Shown here piece after piece: positions 62,609 through 64,000 of a stretch of DNA of 64,000 nt (position 1 is the stretch's first letter; each line of letters begins with the position of its first letter). The stretch is from the IMG/VR virus record IMGVR_UViG_3300014204_000010, positions 1 to 64,000 of that record; one strand, 5' to 3'. Under the pieces are notes generated by a model. It was not told the origin of the DNA, made no database searches, and was given only the letters and a program-made list of their open reading frames with translations. The position numbers and the translations under genes are program-made. The DNA comes from a virus (taxonomy: Duplodnaviria; Caudoviricetes).

Positions 62609-63289
62609 TTAATCAATAGCGGAAAGATCCACTGTGATTGTGTATGTTACGGTTAATTGTGCGCCGTTTGCAACCTCTACGGGTACTCCAAGAACGCTTC
62701 TTTCAAGGAGAATCTGAGTACCATTAAAAGAAGAAAGACCGGTTTCTTTTACCGTAATAGAAGAACCCGAGTTGTTATTGAAAACCCTGGACATAGTAAG
62801 AGTCCAAGATTTTGTACCTGCTGTGTAAGAAGCTGTTACAGCGGAGTTGGCTGCGTAGCTCAGTTGAGAGGCACTGTTACCATGAGCTATTAGAGTAGCA
62901 AGAGCAACATTGGCGGCCGACCAAGCTGTATTTCCTGTGCCTACACATATACCATTAGTGGCACCTGCCCCCGAACTCTTGTGGTTAAGAGGACCATAAG
63001 ACGCAGCTCCTGCTGCATAATAATTTCCGGCAATGTCCTTGATAGAAATATATCCAGCAGCAAAACCTCCGGTTCCTTTTACCCCTGCGGAACAGAGAAA
63101 CATGTCGATGAAGGAATTGTAATAATTCCTCACCCAACTGTGGCCCCGTTCCAGATGATTGTGCAGCAATTTGCCGTTCTTGTCATGCACTTCAAAGCGG
63201 ATGAAAACATCAGGTGGGGGGAGAACATGCAGTTCGGCACACATTTCCTTCAAACGCTTAAATTTTAATTCCTCATCCTTATTCAACAT
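62609..63289 (-). CDS. Structural protein resembling tail-collar/fibre anchor domains
   Basis: ITVKETGL...LLERSVL...QLTVTYTI; Gly/Ala/Ser-rich. Confidence 0.5.
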   Translation of the reverse strand: MLNKDEELKFKRLKEMCAELHVLPPPDVFIRFEVHDKNGKLLHNHLERGHSWVRNYYNSFIDMFLCSAGVKGTGGFAAGYISIKDIAGNYYAAGAASYGPLNHKSSGAGATNGICVGTGNTAWSAANVALATLIAHGNSASQLSYAANSAVTASYTAGTKSWTLTMSRVFNNNSGSSITVKETGLSSFNGTQILLERSVLGVPVEVANGAQLTVTYTITVDLSAID

Positions 63290-63307
63290 TGGTTATGTTC
63301 CCTCCTA

Positions 63308-63487
63308 CTAGGATGTTGCAACATCTACATCGGCTAAGGTTTCAGCCGCTGACGTTATCTCTACCGCTGTGGATACCGGTGTTTCTGCGAGTACACTTAA
63401 AGCAACAGAAGGAACAGCAACACCTGGGGATGTTGACAATTCCAGACGCGGTGGTCCCGGTTTCCCTTTTGAGATAAAAATAATCAT
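63308..63487 (-). CDS. Small 59-aa protein (MIIFISKGKPGPP...)
   Basis: Hand-translated; AGGTGA SD; fills gap on coding strand. Confidence 0.55.
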   Translation of the reverse strand: MIIFISKGKPGPPRLELSTSPGVAVPSVALSVLAETPVSTAVEITSAAETLADVDVATS

Positions 63488-63495
63488 ACAGTCAC

Positions 63496-63999
63496 CTATG
63501 GTAAGGCAAATGCCATTTCCACGATTAAACCTTTAGGGGCCGTTGTGCTTACCCCGTCAACGTCAATTCTCAGAAGGTCACCTGTAACCACGTCATCATG
63601 GGTAGCATCAATAGTCCCGGGTGTTCCCGAAGTTCTTGTGGAGCTTTCTGTAGATTCAATATTCATAAGGGTTGAGAGCATGTCTTGGTTATCGGTCACA
63701 TTATGAATCTGGATAGTGGTTGCATTTGTCGTTCCTGCCGTTAAAACGGTAGCTGCTACCCTCACAAGATTCATTCCGTTTAGTTCGGGGGGGACTACGA
63801 AGTAACCTTTACCATCCCCGGCAATAACATCTGCGGCAGCATCGAAGATCACCATTTGAACGACTTGCGTTCCTATATTGGAACCTGCCAGAGCGTCCGC
63901 TGTTACGAACTTTGCATTATCCGTACCTGCATTAATATCAGCACTTGAAGCTAGAAGGAGGGATAAGGCACTCTTTAACTCGGCGAGTGTCTTCTTTGC
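63496..63999 (-). CDS. C-terminal part of a virion structural protein (5' end outside window)
   Basis: Frame open from window edge; GTDNAKFVTA fibre-type motif; jelly-roll-like C-terminus GDLLRIDVD. Confidence 0.6.
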   Translation of the reverse strand, partial: AKKTLAELKSALSLLLASSADINAGTDNAKFVTADALAGSNIGTQVVQMVIFDAAADVIAGDGKGYFVVPPELNGMNLVRVAATVLTAGTTNATTIQIHNVTDNQDMLSTLMNIESTESSTRTSGTPGTIDATHDDVVTGDLLRIDVDGVSTTAPKGLIVEMAFALP

Positions 64000-64000
64000 C

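Noticed and set aside
1-64000. Stop-codon reassignment, integrase/lysogeny module, tail sheath, introns or inteins
   Set aside because: Genes are full length under the standard code; no recombinase, sheath, homing endonuclease or intein motifs recognised in this window

Overview
A 64 kb internal segment of a large tailed dsDNA phage genome. It is siphovirus-like (2062-aa tape measure, tail tube, no sheath gene), and its spanins indicate a diderm host. The + strand (1-36972) carries early/middle genes. These include a near-complete autonomous replisome: SF2 helicase, DnaG-type primase, initiator with internal iterons, DnaB helicase, beta clamp, UDG-PolA fusion, clamp loader, SSB and 5' exonuclease. 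Recombination genes are UvsY-like, RecA, a resolvase and a split SbcC with SbcD. There is a 7-deazaguanine DNA-modification pathway (queD, queE, folE, queC, dpdA) interleaved with unassigned enzymes (radical SAM/SPASM, HAD, SGNH, SLOG), and an orphan rmlA. The - strand (36965-64000) carries head, neck, tail and lysis genes. The most striking unexplained elements are: (1) a ~175-nt two-state RNA leader, a 67% acidic leader peptide and a TTG-start initiator with internal iterons, resembling plasmid-style replication control; (2) a DpdA whose apparent N-terminal segment is encoded downstream; (3) extra redox and sugar-type enzymes in the deazaguanine cluster; (4) three promoters sharing CNNCGGR-N14-TGNTATAMT; (5) a recurrent L[IV][RK][RK]R tail motif in unrelated proteins. 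No tRNA, CRISPR array, integrase or reverse transcriptase was recognised. All assignments come from motif reading by eye, with no database searches.
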